Origin: Minisyncoccota bacterium
Lineage (GTDB): Bacteria; Patescibacteriota; Minisyncoccia; Phycocordibacterales; JABAAK01
Assembly: GCA_965204115.1 (NCBI GenBank)
Contig: OZ241963.1
Coordinates: forward strand, 233,293 to 297,292
Length of the DNA stretch: 64,000 nt
Direction: 5' to 3'
The notes beneath the pieces were generated by a model, which saw nothing but the letters and a program-made list of their open reading frames with translations, did not search any database and was not told the origin of the DNA. The position numbers and the translations under genes were made by a program. Within the stretch, counting starts at the first letter, position 1. Each line of letters begins with the position of its first letter. This document shows, in pieces, positions 8,852 through 18,738 of this stretch.

Positions 8852-10000
8852 TTATTGCAGCGGCAGGCGGATTATTTTGTCGTCTCTGGGTTGGGTTGTG
8901 CCTCTGCCGTCGGTGTTGCTGGTTGTTATGTAGAGCATGGCATCCGGACCGATGATGGTGGTGCGGATTCTTCCGAATTGTTTGTGATGGTATCTTTGTA
9001 TTTCCGTTATTGTTGTGCCGTTTAGTACTGCTTTGTATACTGCTTCTCCGCGCAATCCTCCGAAGTAGATACTTCCGTTGTGGTATGCGGCACCTGCCGG
9101 TGCCCAGGTGATATTTGCACCGGAGTGTGCTTTCGGTCCTTCGGTTCCCTGCTTCACTTCGTCACCCTGGCTGTCAGGCCATCCATAGTTGCTGCCTGCG
9201 GTGATGAGGTTGACTTCATCAAGACCTGAGCGTATGCCTGAGCGTCCATGTTCGGTGCTCCATAAGTTCCCTTCTGAATCCCAGGTTATTCCCTGCGGGT
9301 TGCGGTGTCCGTATGAGTAGATTGGTGAGTTGGGAAAAGGGTTATCGTTCGGAATGGAGCCGTCATCGCGTAGGCGCAGTATTTTTCCCGCGAGTGAGTT
9401 GGTGTCTTGCGCGAGGTTTGGTTTGCCCGCGTCTCCGGTGGTTATGTATAGGTGGGTGTCGGGGCCGAATGCAATGCGACCGCCGTCATGGTATCGGGCG
9501 CCGGGAATGTCGTCTATGATAACCAGTGGCCCTGTGAGTGTTTCATCTTGGTAGGTGTAGCGTTCGACTTTGTTTTTTGTTGTGCCGTCGGGGAGTGCCT
9601 GATAGGTGTAGTACAGGTATAGGTAGTTATTTTCTGTAAATTTCGGATGTAGGGTCATGCCGAGCAGTCCGCCTTCTCCGCTTTCATACGAGCCGACTGT
9701 ATGTATCTGTCGTTTTTCAGTTTCTGTAATTAGCAAGATGTTGCCACTTCTCTCACTGACAAGCATGGCACCATTCGGTAAAAACACGATATCCCAGGGG
9801 ACATGTAAGTTATCAGCGATGATCTGCGGTGCTTGCTGTGTTTCATCAGTATCTGCGGCGGTATCTACGGCTGTGGTGTCATTTGTAACCGTGTTTATAT
9901 TGGTAGATTCCGGTTCTGGCAATACAAAAAGATTGGCGCGCGGAAGTATGAAATATAGCACGAGCGCACAGAGGATGCCTATACCGAGTAACCGTTTCAT
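8852..10000 (-). CDS. secreted PQQ-dependent glucose/sorbosone dehydrogenase-family beta-propeller protein
   Basis: Signal peptide. IADNLHVPWDIVFLPNGAMLVSERSG and repeated G-rich blades are typical of the soluble aldose sugar dehydrogenase (YliI/GSDH) family. Confidence 0.55.
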   Translation of the reverse strand: MKRLLGIGILCALVLYFILPRANLFVLPEPESTNINTVTNDTTAVDTAADTDETQQAPQIIADNLHVPWDIVFLPNGAMLVSERSGNILLITETEKRQIHTVGSYESGEGGLLGMTLHPKFTENNYLYLYYTYQALPDGTTKNKVERYTYQDETLTGPLVIIDDIPGARYHDGGRIAFGPDTHLYITTGDAGKPNLAQDTNSLAGKILRLRDDGSIPNDNPFPNSPIYSYGHRNPQGITWDSEGNLWSTEHGRSGIRSGLDEVNLITAGSNYGWPDSQGDEVKQGTEGPKAHSGANITWAPAGAAYHNGSIYFGGLRGEAVYKAVLNGTTITEIQRYHHKQFGRIRTTIIGPDAMLYITTSNTDGRGTTQPRDDKIIRLPLQ

Positions 10001-10064
10001 ATCTCTCTTACTATACCACTAACCAGATGCACATGTCGGGAGTGCTACACTACCTATATACTCT

Positions 10065-10640
10065 ATGCGCGGATCATATCCTATACTCACCACCGATGCG
10101 TTTATCGTGCATACTCGCGGGATTGGTGAGGCGGATCGGGTTGTCACTGCGCTGACTCGGCGGCATGGGATGATGGAGGTGTATGCGCGGAGTGTTCGTA
10201 AGGAGGGCGCGAAGATGCGCGGTGATACGAAGCCGTATGCGCGGGTGTCGCTGTCTCTGGTGCTTGGTAAGCGCAGTATTTTAAAAGACATTACCATCAC
10301 CGACACGCTGGATGCGATATGGGGGTGCGAGGAAAAGTACACGGCGTTTGTTATGCTCTTACAGCATCTTCGGGTGTTTGTTCCGATTACTGAATCGTAT
10401 GATGAAACTCTGTTTGCCACGATTGAGGCGGCGGTGCAGCTTTTCCGGGAATCAGATCCGACATATGCGCAGCACATCCTTTTGATTGGGCAGGTGATGC
10501 TGCTTGCCGCGCTCGGCTATGTGTCCGATCAGGATATCGTGCCGGCGCGTTTTGCAGATATACTCACCGAAACAGCAGACAGTCCGCAGCAGCAAAAGGT
10601 AATGCAGCAGTACCTTCGGGATGCCCTGCACTACCAATAG
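10065..10640 (+). CDS. recO: DNA repair protein RecO (short form)
   Basis: N-terminal OB-fold pattern (DAFIVHTRGIGEADRVVTALTRRHGMMEVYARSVRK...) matches the RecO N-domain; divergent from ileS, as is common. Confidence 0.5.
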   Translation: MRGSYPILTTDAFIVHTRGIGEADRVVTALTRRHGMMEVYARSVRKEGAKMRGDTKPYARVSLSLVLGKRSILKDITITDTLDAIWGCEEKYTAFVMLLQHLRVFVPITESYDETLFATIEAAVQLFRESDPTYAQHILLIGQVMLLAALGYVSDQDIVPARFADILTETADSPQQQKVMQQYLRDALHYQ

Positions 10641-10645
10641 CAGCG

Positions 10646-13600
10646 TTATACAATGTCCGCGACAATTTTTGCGGTCAGTTCGTCACTCTCTATGGTAAAT
10701 TCAGTGCCCTCCTCCGGACTTGTCGCAACATAGGCGACGCTGCGTACCCGCACCTCCTGTTTTATTTTCTCTTCGTGTGCCTGTATATGTTTTAACTGCT
10801 CGGTAGGTATGTGTACCGACAGTGTGTCTGCTGTTCGTGTCGGTGAAAACCCTTTTTCTTTTCGTATTTTTTGGATATTGCGAACATACTCGCGTACGAA
10901 TCCTTCGGCGCGCAGTTCGTCTGTCAGCGTGGTGCTGAGCTCAATTGGCTTGGCAGCGGCAGGGTCAACAACCACCTCTTTCACATTCACCTCATCCCGA
11001 ATCAGTGCCTGCTGCTCCTCGTCAACTTCCTGCTGCACGATGACTTTCTGCAATGGCTGCCGCACCTTGATTCCCGCTTCCGCCCGCTGTTCGTGTGCCA
11101 CCGATACAATATCCCGCACCACAGCTGTTTTTTCTATCGCGTCTCTTTGAAACCACATTTTTTGCGGCCACTTTGTGAGGTGGACACTGTCCGGCAAAAA
11201 CATTTTTTGCGGATGGTGCTTTCGCATCTCTGAGAATAGGTGCTCGGCGTAGAATGGCGCGACCGGCGCGAGGCATTTTGCAAACTCGGTCAGGATGAAC
11301 CGCAGGGTCTCCCGCGCTTCCGCACCGTCGTCCGTTCGGTTCTTTATCCTGTCTCGTGAGCGGCGGATGTACCAGGTTGATAAGTCCTCCACAAATGCGC
11401 CGATTGGCGCGACTGCTTCGTCGATGTGGTACGACTCAAGCCCTTTCGTCATTGCATCCCGCATTTCAGCAAATCGGGAGCAGATATACTCGTCCAATAA
11501 GCTTCTGCCGCCCCGCTTGTGTGGTAGGTGCGCGTATATTAAATAGAATTTGAGGCAGTTATGCAGCCGCGCGTACACTTTTTTGTATACCTCATCAACC
11601 TGCTCATCCCGAAAATCAAGATCTTCTCCGCGCACCACCGGCGAGCCGAGGAGGTAGTGTCGCAGTGAATCCGCACCGTATCGATTAATGATCTGCATTG
11701 GGTCGGTGTAGTTTTGCAAACTCTTGCTCATCTTTTTACCGTCCGCGGCGCGAATTAAGCCGGTTACCACCACCTGCCGGTACGGCGACCGATCAAACGC
11801 TCCGACCGCGATCGTCATCAAACTGTAAAACCATCCTCGTGTTTGATCCAGCCCCTCACAGATGAAATCTGCCGGAAATCCGCGGCGCAGCAGCGGGTTA
11901 AAGATTCGCTTGTTCTCAAACGGATAGTGGTGTGATCCGTACGGCATCGCCCCTGATTCAAACCAGCAGTCAAATACCTCTTTTGTGTGGTACGCCGGGT
12001 TGCCGTCTGCGTCATTGAGCACCACCTCATCAATGTACGGTCGGTGCAGGTCAACCTCGCCGTTTTCATCCCGCCTCACATGCACATAGCGAATGGGGCA
12101 CACGCTCGCGTTGGCAAGCGGTTTTAAGATGGTGGTTTTTCTGTAGTTTTTTTGAAACTGTGCTTTGGTCGGCGCGATGGAGCGTGCCGTGTTGACAACC
12201 GCCCGATGGGTAACCACCACGATGTTCGCATCCTGATACTCTCTGTCCACTTTTTCAAAAAATCGCAGGATTCGTCCGTAGATGTCTAAAAATGATTCAC
12301 CGCCATCAATGGACTTGCTCATATCACGAAATGCGCCGACTTCGCGGATTGCCCGCCATAGCTCCTGCACCGGTCGATTATGTAAATTCGGCACCTGTAG
12401 TTCGGTCAACAGCGGCTCTTCAATCATTCTCGCGTCGGTCTCTTTTGCAATGTACTCTGCTGTTTCTTTCGTGCGGGTGAGCGGTGAATGAAAAATGATG
12501 GTCGGTTTCATGGGCTTCAGTTTCTGCGCCGTCTTTGCTGCCTGCTCTCTTCCCTTTTCGGTTAAGCCATCCCCCGGTTCTTTTTGACAGTTCAAAACAT
12601 TTTTTTCATTACTCACCGACTGCCCGTGTCGCACAAAGAAATAGCGGTTTCTCGGACGCATTTTTGCGTACATCTCTTCCAGCGAGCCGACGATGATGTG
12701 CTCTCCTGTCTTCTCCACCTTCCACGCCGGTATCGGCGCGCCCCAGAAGCGGTTTCGCGATACCGCCCACTCCCGCGCTCCGGCAAGCCAATTGCCGAAC
12801 CGTCCGTCCCGAATATGCCCCGGTACCCACTTGACCTTTTTGTTCTCGGCAACCATGCGATCTTTGATTTGTTCCGAATGCACAAACCACGAATCGGTGG
12901 CATAGTTCAGCAGCGGTGTTGTGCATCGCCAGCACACCGGGTAGGCGTGCTCTATCGGCTCGCTGTGCAGTAGCAGACCTTTGTTCTGTAAATCTTGGAG
13001 TATTTTTTCGTCCACTGTTTTTGTGTTGCCCGCTTCTTTCGGACGCAAGCCGGCATACTCTTCCAGCTGCGGCACAAACACGCCGTCTTTCGTCACATGG
13101 TGTCGAATCGGCAGTCCCTCCTTCTCCGCGGTTTCCATGTCGTCGGCTCCGTATGCCGGTGCGAGGTGTACAATGCCGGTGCCGACCCCCTGCTCAATAT
13201 ATGGCACCCGCTGCACGCGCCATAGTTTCTTTTTTACCTGCGCATCGTCTTTGGCGTAGAGGTGGTCGAAGGGTGGTGTGTACTCTTTTCCGACCAGTTC
13301 GGAACCCTTTTTTGTCCCTGTGGCTGTGCCGCCGTCCACGATGTGTGCTGCGTCCTGATGCAGGATATATTTCTTTCCTTCCCGCTCGACGACCGCATAC
13401 TCCATACTCTCGTCCACACCGAGTGCGACATTGCCGAACAGTGTCCATGGCGTTGTTGTCCACGCAACGAGACAGGTGTTCGGATCATCTTTCAGCGGAA
13501 ATAGCACATACACTGCCGTGTCGGTCAGCGGCTCATAGCTATCCGCGACCTCTGCGTTGGAGATGACCGTCGAGCAGCGCGGACACAGGTGTAGTGACTT

Positions 13601-14167
13601 GAAGCCATTGCTCACCAAGCCCCGCCGGTGCAGCCGATGAAAGACTGACCACACCGATTCCATATATGGTGTGTTGAGCGTGCGATAGTCGTTCTCCATG
13701 TCCACCCACCGACCGATCCGCGGAATAATCTGTTTCCACTCGTCCACATAGGTAAAGATGGTGTCGCGAATACCGCGGTTAAATTTTTCTATGCCGTATT
13801 CTTCAATGTCCCGCTTTGTCTTTGTCCCGATTTTTTTCTCCATTTCCACCTCAGGCGGCAGTCCGTGGCAATCCCATCCCCACCGACGCAGCACCTGATA
13901 CCCCCGCATCGTCTTATACCGCGGCACCACATCTTTCACGATGCTCGCCAAAATGTTGCCGAAATGCGGCAGTCCCGTCGCGAATGGCGGGCCGTCGTAC
14001 ATAATAAATTGTCTTTTCGGGATGAGTTTTTGTGTTATTCGCTGCAAAAAGCTTTTTTTCTCCCGCCCCTCACTCTTTTCAAAAATGCTGTTTTCCCGCC
14101 AAAACCGTAGCACCCGTTCCTCCCGACCGGCAACCGTTTCCCGTTTTTCGCCTCCCTTTTCAGCCAT
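10646..14167 (-). CDS. ileS: isoleucyl-tRNA synthetase, type 2, carrying an inserted histidine-phosphatase-like domain
   Basis: PPFATGLPHFGNIL (HIGH region), WAVSRNRFWGAPIP, DLHRPYIDE and KMSKS are present. 1173 aa is ~130-150 aa longer than typical type-2 IleRS, due to the RHGQ...VVVTHRAVV block between the PIPAW and DLHRPYID segments. Confidence 0.9.
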   Translation of the reverse strand: MAEKGGEKRETVAGREERVLRFWRENSIFEKSEGREKKSFLQRITQKLIPKRQFIMYDGPPFATGLPHFGNILASIVKDVVPRYKTMRGYQVLRRWGWDCHGLPPEVEMEKKIGTKTKRDIEEYGIEKFNRGIRDTIFTYVDEWKQIIPRIGRWVDMENDYRTLNTPYMESVWSVFHRLHRRGLVSNGFKSLHLCPRCSTVISNAEVADSYEPLTDTAVYVLFPLKDDPNTCLVAWTTTPWTLFGNVALGVDESMEYAVVEREGKKYILHQDAAHIVDGGTATGTKKGSELVGKEYTPPFDHLYAKDDAQVKKKLWRVQRVPYIEQGVGTGIVHLAPAYGADDMETAEKEGLPIRHHVTKDGVFVPQLEEYAGLRPKEAGNTKTVDEKILQDLQNKGLLLHSEPIEHAYPVCWRCTTPLLNYATDSWFVHSEQIKDRMVAENKKVKWVPGHIRDGRFGNWLAGAREWAVSRNRFWGAPIPAWKVEKTGEHIIVGSLEEMYAKMRPRNRYFFVRHGQSVSNEKNVLNCQKEPGDGLTEKGREQAAKTAQKLKPMKPTIIFHSPLTRTKETAEYIAKETDARMIEEPLLTELQVPNLHNRPVQELWRAIREVGAFRDMSKSIDGGESFLDIYGRILRFFEKVDREYQDANIVVVTHRAVVNTARSIAPTKAQFQKNYRKTTILKPLANASVCPIRYVHVRRDENGEVDLHRPYIDEVVLNDADGNPAYHTKEVFDCWFESGAMPYGSHHYPFENKRIFNPLLRRGFPADFICEGLDQTRGWFYSLMTIAVGAFDRSPYRQVVVTGLIRAADGKKMSKSLQNYTDPMQIINRYGADSLRHYLLGSPVVRGEDLDFRDEQVDEVYKKVYARLHNCLKFYLIYAHLPHKRGGRSLLDEYICSRFAEMRDAMTKGLESYHIDEAVAPIGAFVEDLSTWYIRRSRDRIKNRTDDGAEARETLRFILTEFAKCLAPVAPFYAEHLFSEMRKHHPQKMFLPDSVHLTKWPQKMWFQRDAIEKTAVVRDIVSVAHEQRAEAGIKVRQPLQKVIVQQEVDEEQQALIRDEVNVKEVVVDPAAAKPIELSTTLTDELRAEGFVREYVRNIQKIRKEKGFSPTRTADTLSVHIPTEQLKHIQAHEEKIKQEVRVRSVAYVATSPEEGTEFTIESDELTAKIVADIV

Positions 14168-14240
14168 AATACCAGTATTGTACCATAACCACCCTGCTGC
14201 TTGCGGTCTAAAAGGTCGGCACGAAATCGGTAGCTATGCC

Positions 14241-16808
14241 TTATTGAGAGGTTTTACTGAGGTCTCCGATGGCGACCCAGCCCTCTTCGTAGCTTACGGG
14301 TGGTGCCTGTTTTTCTCTCTTTGGTGCGACTTTGAGATCTTTTTGTAGGCCGGTTGATTTTGTTGATTTTACTAAATCACCCAATCCGCCGCTGATGTTT
14401 GGGCGTGGTTGCGGTTGCTGTTTTTTTGGTGCTTCCTGCTGTTTGTTTTCTGTATCCGGCTTTGTGACCGACTGCTCGGTCGGTGGTGGCGCTGCCATAC
14501 TGCGTGCAATGGTTCCGGTGATCACGCCGTTTGGTCGGCGGACGGTGTCGGGTTCCTGCTGCTGCCTTTCCTGCCTTCTTCGCTGAGTCAATCTTTCATT
14601 TTTTGCTAATCTGTTTCTCTCTTGCTTTGTTTGTGCGATTGGCTTGTGCGAAGGTGTCTGCCTTTGTGTGTTCTGCCGGGGGTGTTGTGGCCTTTCCGAC
14701 TGCTGGCGCCTGTCCAGTGCAGGAGTTCTACCTCTCTGCCTTTCAGTGTTTCTGTGCTGCTGCGGTTTGCGTTGCTCGGGTCGCTCAGGTCGCTGTCTAC
14801 TGTTGTTGTGGCGTGTGTCATTTCTTTCTCTTTGGGAGGGGCGCTTGTTTCTTAGTTCGCGCGGCCTTTCAGGAGCGGCATCTCGTGTGCGCTGTGGCGC
14901 AGTGTTTCTTGGTTCACGCTCCTGCCGTCTTTCGTTTCTTTTGCGGTCGGTGCGCTGTGGTTTCTGTATGTCCGCTTTGCGAGTATCTCTTTGTATATTC
15001 ATACCATCGTCTTTCTTTTCGGACACAGCAGGCGTGATGGGGTACTCTTTTTTCTCTTTTGGTTCGTGTGCTGTCTTCTGTGCCGGTGTTGGGGTTGGCG
15101 CTGCTTCAGTACTTTCTGTATCTGACACCGGCTCCGGCTCCGGTTGATTTCGTTTGAAAATTCCTTTGAGTAGCGGCGCGCGCTTTTTTTCAGTGCTTGC
15201 TGCATCTGCTCTCTCATCTCTGCTGTCTGCTTTGCTGTCTGTCTTAACGATAGGGACCGACTTGGCATCTTGTTTTTCTGCCTTGGCTTTGCTGTCGTCT
15301 TGTGCGGTTTGTTTTTTCGGCTTTTCTGTTTTTTGTTTTTCGGTATTCGTCTGTCCGCTGCCGTGTTGCTGTATCTGTTGCACTAATCCTTTCAGCGGGG
15401 TGTGCGTCTCGTTTCCTTTTTGGCCGCCCTGTTTCTTTCTATCAGAGCCCTGCTGTTTGCCGCCTTTCCCTGTTTTTTCTTTTGCCTTTTCATCCTCCGC
15501 CAAGTTATCCGCGACTATTTTTTCTATCACATCCCGGTCAACGCCGTAGGTGTCCATTGTCCGCTGCACCACCTCTTCTTCCATTGAATCTTCAGTCGGC
15601 GGCGGCTCAAAGAAAGTTCGCGCAGAAAACGGCACAGACCCCGCGCCGTCAATGTTCAAGGTGAGGTAGATGTGGTATCGTGGCAGCGCGACTAAGTCCT
15701 CCTCCGCGATGTCCGGCGCGAATTGCTTTGAGATAATTTCCGCGTCAACCGGACCAACCCGAAACGATACAAAGGTGCCGACATTGCCGAACACTGCATC
15801 CCGAATCGCGTCTCCTCCGCCGGTGTCATCGGTATACAGCTGCCCTAAATACTGGTGCGCCATCACCAAATTCAGCTTGTACTTCCGCGCCTCGGATAGG
15901 ATGTCGGAAAAAGAGGAGTTTGCGAATGATTGGAACTCGTCAACGAAAAAGTTGCACGGGTTTGCTGCTTCCAGATGGGCGCGATCCAGATCGCTCCGTG
16001 ATAGTGCGGCGAGGTAGATTTTGGTCGTGAACAACACGCCGAGCATGCGCGCGTTGTTCTCGCCGACCTGCCCTTTTGAAAGGTTTACCAGCAGTATCTT
16101 CCCTTCATCCATAATCTCCCGAAAATTAAACGCTGACTTTTCCTGCCCGATGATGTTTCGCATCAGCGGGTTGGAGGTGAACTGTCCGAGCTTGTTTTGG
16201 ATGGATGGTGTCGCCTCCTGTGCGTACCGCTCGGTATAGTTTGCGTATTCCTCAACCCAGTATTTCCGCACCTGCGGGTCTTTCAGGTTGGCAACCACCT
16301 TTTCACGAAAATCTTTGCTGGAATACATCCGCCCCACATCAAGCAGCGTTGTTCCCGGATACTCAATCAACGCCAACAGTGTGTTCTGTAAAATGTACGC
16401 CATTCGATCCGACCAAGTTCCCGCTCCCCAAATCTTTTCAAATGAGGCCATTAAGCTGCTTACCACCAAATGCCGTTTATCGTATCCGATGTCCTCCATA
16501 ATGTTCAGCCCAATCGGTTTTTCCTGGTAGTGCGGTGCGAAGTAGATGATCTTGTCCAGATGCTCCGGTGTCACATACTTCAGCAGTGCCTCAACGGATT
16601 GACCGTGCGGATCCATAAATATCAGCCCGGTGCCGTTGCGAATGTCCTGCATCGCCAGCATTTCTAACAGCGTTGACTTTCCGGTTCCTGTCTGCCCGAT
16701 GACATAGATATGCCGTGACCGATCCTTTTCCTTAATGCCGAAGCGCACGGTATTCCCCCGCTTTTCTAATTCTCCCACTTGTACTATTCTTTCAGGATCG
16801 TATGCCAT
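14241..16808 (-). CDS. TraD/TraG/VirD4-family type IV coupling-protein-like ATPase (cytoplasmic, no N-terminal TM) with a long charged low-complexity C-terminal tail
   Basis: Walker A YVIGQTGTGKST and Walker B NFFVDEFQSF. The AAA-like fold resembles T4SS DNA-transfer ATPases. Residues ~438-830 are K/E/R/Q/P-rich and disordered. Confidence 0.5.
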   Translation of the reverse strand: MAYDPERIVQVGELEKRGNTVRFGIKEKDRSRHIYVIGQTGTGKSTLLEMLAMQDIRNGTGLIFMDPHGQSVEALLKYVTPEHLDKIIYFAPHYQEKPIGLNIMEDIGYDKRHLVVSSLMASFEKIWGAGTWSDRMAYILQNTLLALIEYPGTTLLDVGRMYSSKDFREKVVANLKDPQVRKYWVEEYANYTERYAQEATPSIQNKLGQFTSNPLMRNIIGQEKSAFNFREIMDEGKILLVNLSKGQVGENNARMLGVLFTTKIYLAALSRSDLDRAHLEAANPCNFFVDEFQSFANSSFSDILSEARKYKLNLVMAHQYLGQLYTDDTGGGDAIRDAVFGNVGTFVSFRVGPVDAEIISKQFAPDIAEEDLVALPRYHIYLTLNIDGAGSVPFSARTFFEPPPTEDSMEEEVVQRTMDTYGVDRDVIEKIVADNLAEDEKAKEKTGKGGKQQGSDRKKQGGQKGNETHTPLKGLVQQIQQHGSGQTNTEKQKTEKPKKQTAQDDSKAKAEKQDAKSVPIVKTDSKADSRDERADAASTEKKRAPLLKGIFKRNQPEPEPVSDTESTEAAPTPTPAQKTAHEPKEKKEYPITPAVSEKKDDGMNIQRDTRKADIQKPQRTDRKRNERRQEREPRNTAPQRTRDAAPERPRELRNKRPSQRERNDTRHNNSRQRPERPEQRKPQQHRNTERQRGRTPALDRRQQSERPQHPRQNTQRQTPSHKPIAQTKQERNRLAKNERLTQRRRQERQQQEPDTVRRPNGVITGTIARSMAAPPPTEQSVTKPDTENKQQEAPKKQQPQPRPNISGGLGDLVKSTKSTGLQKDLKVAPKREKQAPPVSYEEGWVAIGDLSKTSQ

Positions 16809-16813
16809 AGGTA

Positions 16814-17008
16814 TTATTCTTTGGTAGCGTGCTCTGCTTCGTCTTCTTCTCTTTTCTCAGCAATATGCCGTGTGCCGCTGTACACCGAGTAGATAAAGAA
16901 TAAAGCTCCTAATCCAAATGCTACCCATCGCATCCACTCCGACGGCACTCCCACAAACGGAAACGACAGCAGCACAACACTCGCGACAAATATGAGACGG
17001 TATATCAT
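16814..17008 (-). CDS. small two-TM membrane protein (64 aa)
   Basis: Two hydrophobic helices; 6 nt downstream of the ATPase gene. Confidence 0.3.
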   Translation of the reverse strand: MIYRLIFVASVVLLSFPFVGVPSEWMRWVAFGLGALFFIYSVYSGTRHIAEKREEDEAEHATKE

Positions 17009-17033
17009 ATAGTTTTAGTATACAGCACGCATT

Positions 17034-17966
17034 CTATGCCGCTTTTCTTCCGCTAATGTGTGACTCCGGGTCGCAGATGATGAGTGAGGCAATGTCCTCC
17101 TCGAAGTTTGTTGCGTTACTTTCCTCCCTCATCGCCCTCCCTCTTTCATAGAGGTGCAGAGAAATACTCTTTCCGTCTTCGTGTTCGGCAATAAATTTTT
17201 CTGTCGCATCCGGTCCTATGCCGTACTGCTTGACATCCATGATGTACACATCATCTCCCACAATAACCGCCTCTGTGTAGATAGATTTGGTGGTGGTTGC
17301 CGTGTCATGCACACTCCCCCAGTGGGGAATTTCTTCTCCCCACTTGTCTTTATCGCTCTGAATAATGTCTGAGTATTTTCTCGGCGGCTCTTCGGTTATA
17401 TGTATCTCTTTCGGTCGCACATAATATGTTTCTTTTACTCTTTCCAGAATTTTTTGTTTCAGCATCTCTGCTCTTTCTTTTCGCATTTGTTCCTTAATCT
17501 CTTCTCTTTTCAATCTTTCCCTCTCTTTGCGATCAGATTCCACTATCGCTGCAAGCTCCGGGCTAATCAACTCCTCTTTCTGTAATATGAGGAAAAAAAC
17601 ATTGTTGTCAAAATGCTCGCTTTGGATATCGTCATCGTCAAAGTGCTCATTTTGAATGAGGGGTTCCAAAGTGTCAAGAAGGTTCGGGACATTTTTCATC
17701 CATCGGGGAAATTGATTCAGGAGGTCTCTCGCCTCTGCCTTGCTTTCTTTGTATTTTTCACGGGCAGAATACCATCTTCCTTTCACGGTCAGAAAGCCGT
17801 CCAGTGTCAGACGGGCGGCTTTGTCATCATCTTCCAGGAAAAATTTTCCCACCCCTTCCCGGTTTCTGTGCCTAAACTCATTCTTCTTCGGGCTAAACTT
17901 CCGTCTGTGTTCTGCGTTGACTCTTATTCTCTTCATACAGTGATAGTATCGCCTGTGTCCTATCAC
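17034..17966 (-). CDS. hypothetical protein (310 aa), basic N-terminus with an acidic/coiled-coil middle
   Basis: Intact ORF with genome-typical composition; no recognisable motif. The start may be an internal Met. Confidence 0.35.
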   Translation of the reverse strand: MIGHRRYYHCMKRIRVNAEHRRKFSPKKNEFRHRNREGVGKFFLEDDDKAARLTLDGFLTVKGRWYSAREKYKESKAEARDLLNQFPRWMKNVPNLLDTLEPLIQNEHFDDDDIQSEHFDNNVFFLILQKEELISPELAAIVESDRKERERLKREEIKEQMRKERAEMLKQKILERVKETYYVRPKEIHITEEPPRKYSDIIQSDKDKWGEEIPHWGSVHDTATTTKSIYTEAVIVGDDVYIMDVKQYGIGPDATEKFIAEHEDGKSISLHLYERGRAMREESNATNFEEDIASLIICDPESHISGRKAA

Positions 17967-17987
17967 TTATCAAAACTTTTGCACGCC

Positions 17988-18686
17988 TTACTTTTGTTTC
18001 TGCAAACTGGAGATGATAAGTACGATTTCGCCGCGTACTTTGTCCGAGTGTGTCGTGTAGTATGCCAGCACCTCTTCTGCGGTTCCGCTGACGATTTGCT
18101 CGTGCACCTTTGTCATTTCACGGGCAACGATGACTTCTCGCACAGGGTCAAGGTGTTCTCGGAGCGCGCCCAATGTTTTGAGCAGTCGGTGCGGTGCTTC
18201 GTAGCACACGACAGTTCGCTTTTCATCGGCGATTTCCTGAAACAGCGTGTTTCGTCCTTTCTTGCGCGGGAGAAACCCAAGAAACAAAAATGATGAGCTC
18301 GGCGCGCCGGAGGCGGATAGCGCGGCAGTAACTGCGGATGCGCCCGGCACCGTGCGGATGTCCGCCGTCTCCCCTAACTCCTCGCGAACACGCCGGACAA
18401 ACTTCACTCCAGGATCAGAGATGGTCGGCGTGCCGGCATCAGACACCAGCGCGATGGATTTCCCCTTTTGCAAGAGTGTGATCGCCCGCGCGATTTTTCC
18501 GAACCCGCTGTATGAATGGTACGATACGCAGTTTGTGTCAATCGCATAGTGTGCCAGCAATTTTTTTGTCACCCGTGTGTCTTCACAAAATATAGTGTCC
18601 GCTGCCCGTAGAGTTTCAATGGCGCGATATGACATATCGGCAAGATTGCCGATTGGCGTTGCGACGACGAAAAGCGTTCCATACAT
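17988..18686 (-). CDS. rsmI: 16S rRNA (cytidine1402-2'-O)-methyltransferase RsmI
   Basis: LFVVATPIGNLADMSYRAIETLRAADTIFCEDTRVTKKLL plus the tetrapyrrole-methylase-like fold signature. Confidence 0.8.
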   Translation of the reverse strand: MYGTLFVVATPIGNLADMSYRAIETLRAADTIFCEDTRVTKKLLAHYAIDTNCVSYHSYSGFGKIARAITLLQKGKSIALVSDAGTPTISDPGVKFVRRVREELGETADIRTVPGASAVTAALSASGAPSSSFLFLGFLPRKKGRNTLFQEIADEKRTVVCYEAPHRLLKTLGALREHLDPVREVIVAREMTKVHEQIVSGTAEEVLAYYTTHSDKVRGEIVLIISSLQKQK

Positions 18687-18738
18687 TACCTACAGTGTAA
18701 CAACATTCCCCTTTTTGTGCTACACTGCAAAAAAAGAT

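Noticed and set aside
8696-9025. 109-aa plus-strand ORF spanning the tRNA remnant and the 3' end of the sugar dehydrogenase gene
   Set aside because: Overlaps a tRNA-derived repeat and the antisense of a supported CDS; Cys/Trp-rich implausible product.
12282-13739. Many ORFs of 60-216 aa on both strands inside ileS (e.g. 12584-12973, 12916-13566)
   Set aside because: They lie entirely within the well-supported ileS reading frame on the opposite or shifted frames. High GC inflates random ORF length. Products are Arg/Cys/Pro-rich nonsense.
14332-16667. Plus-strand ORFs (up to 168 aa) antisense to the VirD4-like ATPase gene, rich in Cys/Phe/Leu
   Set aside because: Shadow ORFs of the minus-strand gene, whose low-complexity coding sequence creates long antisense frames.
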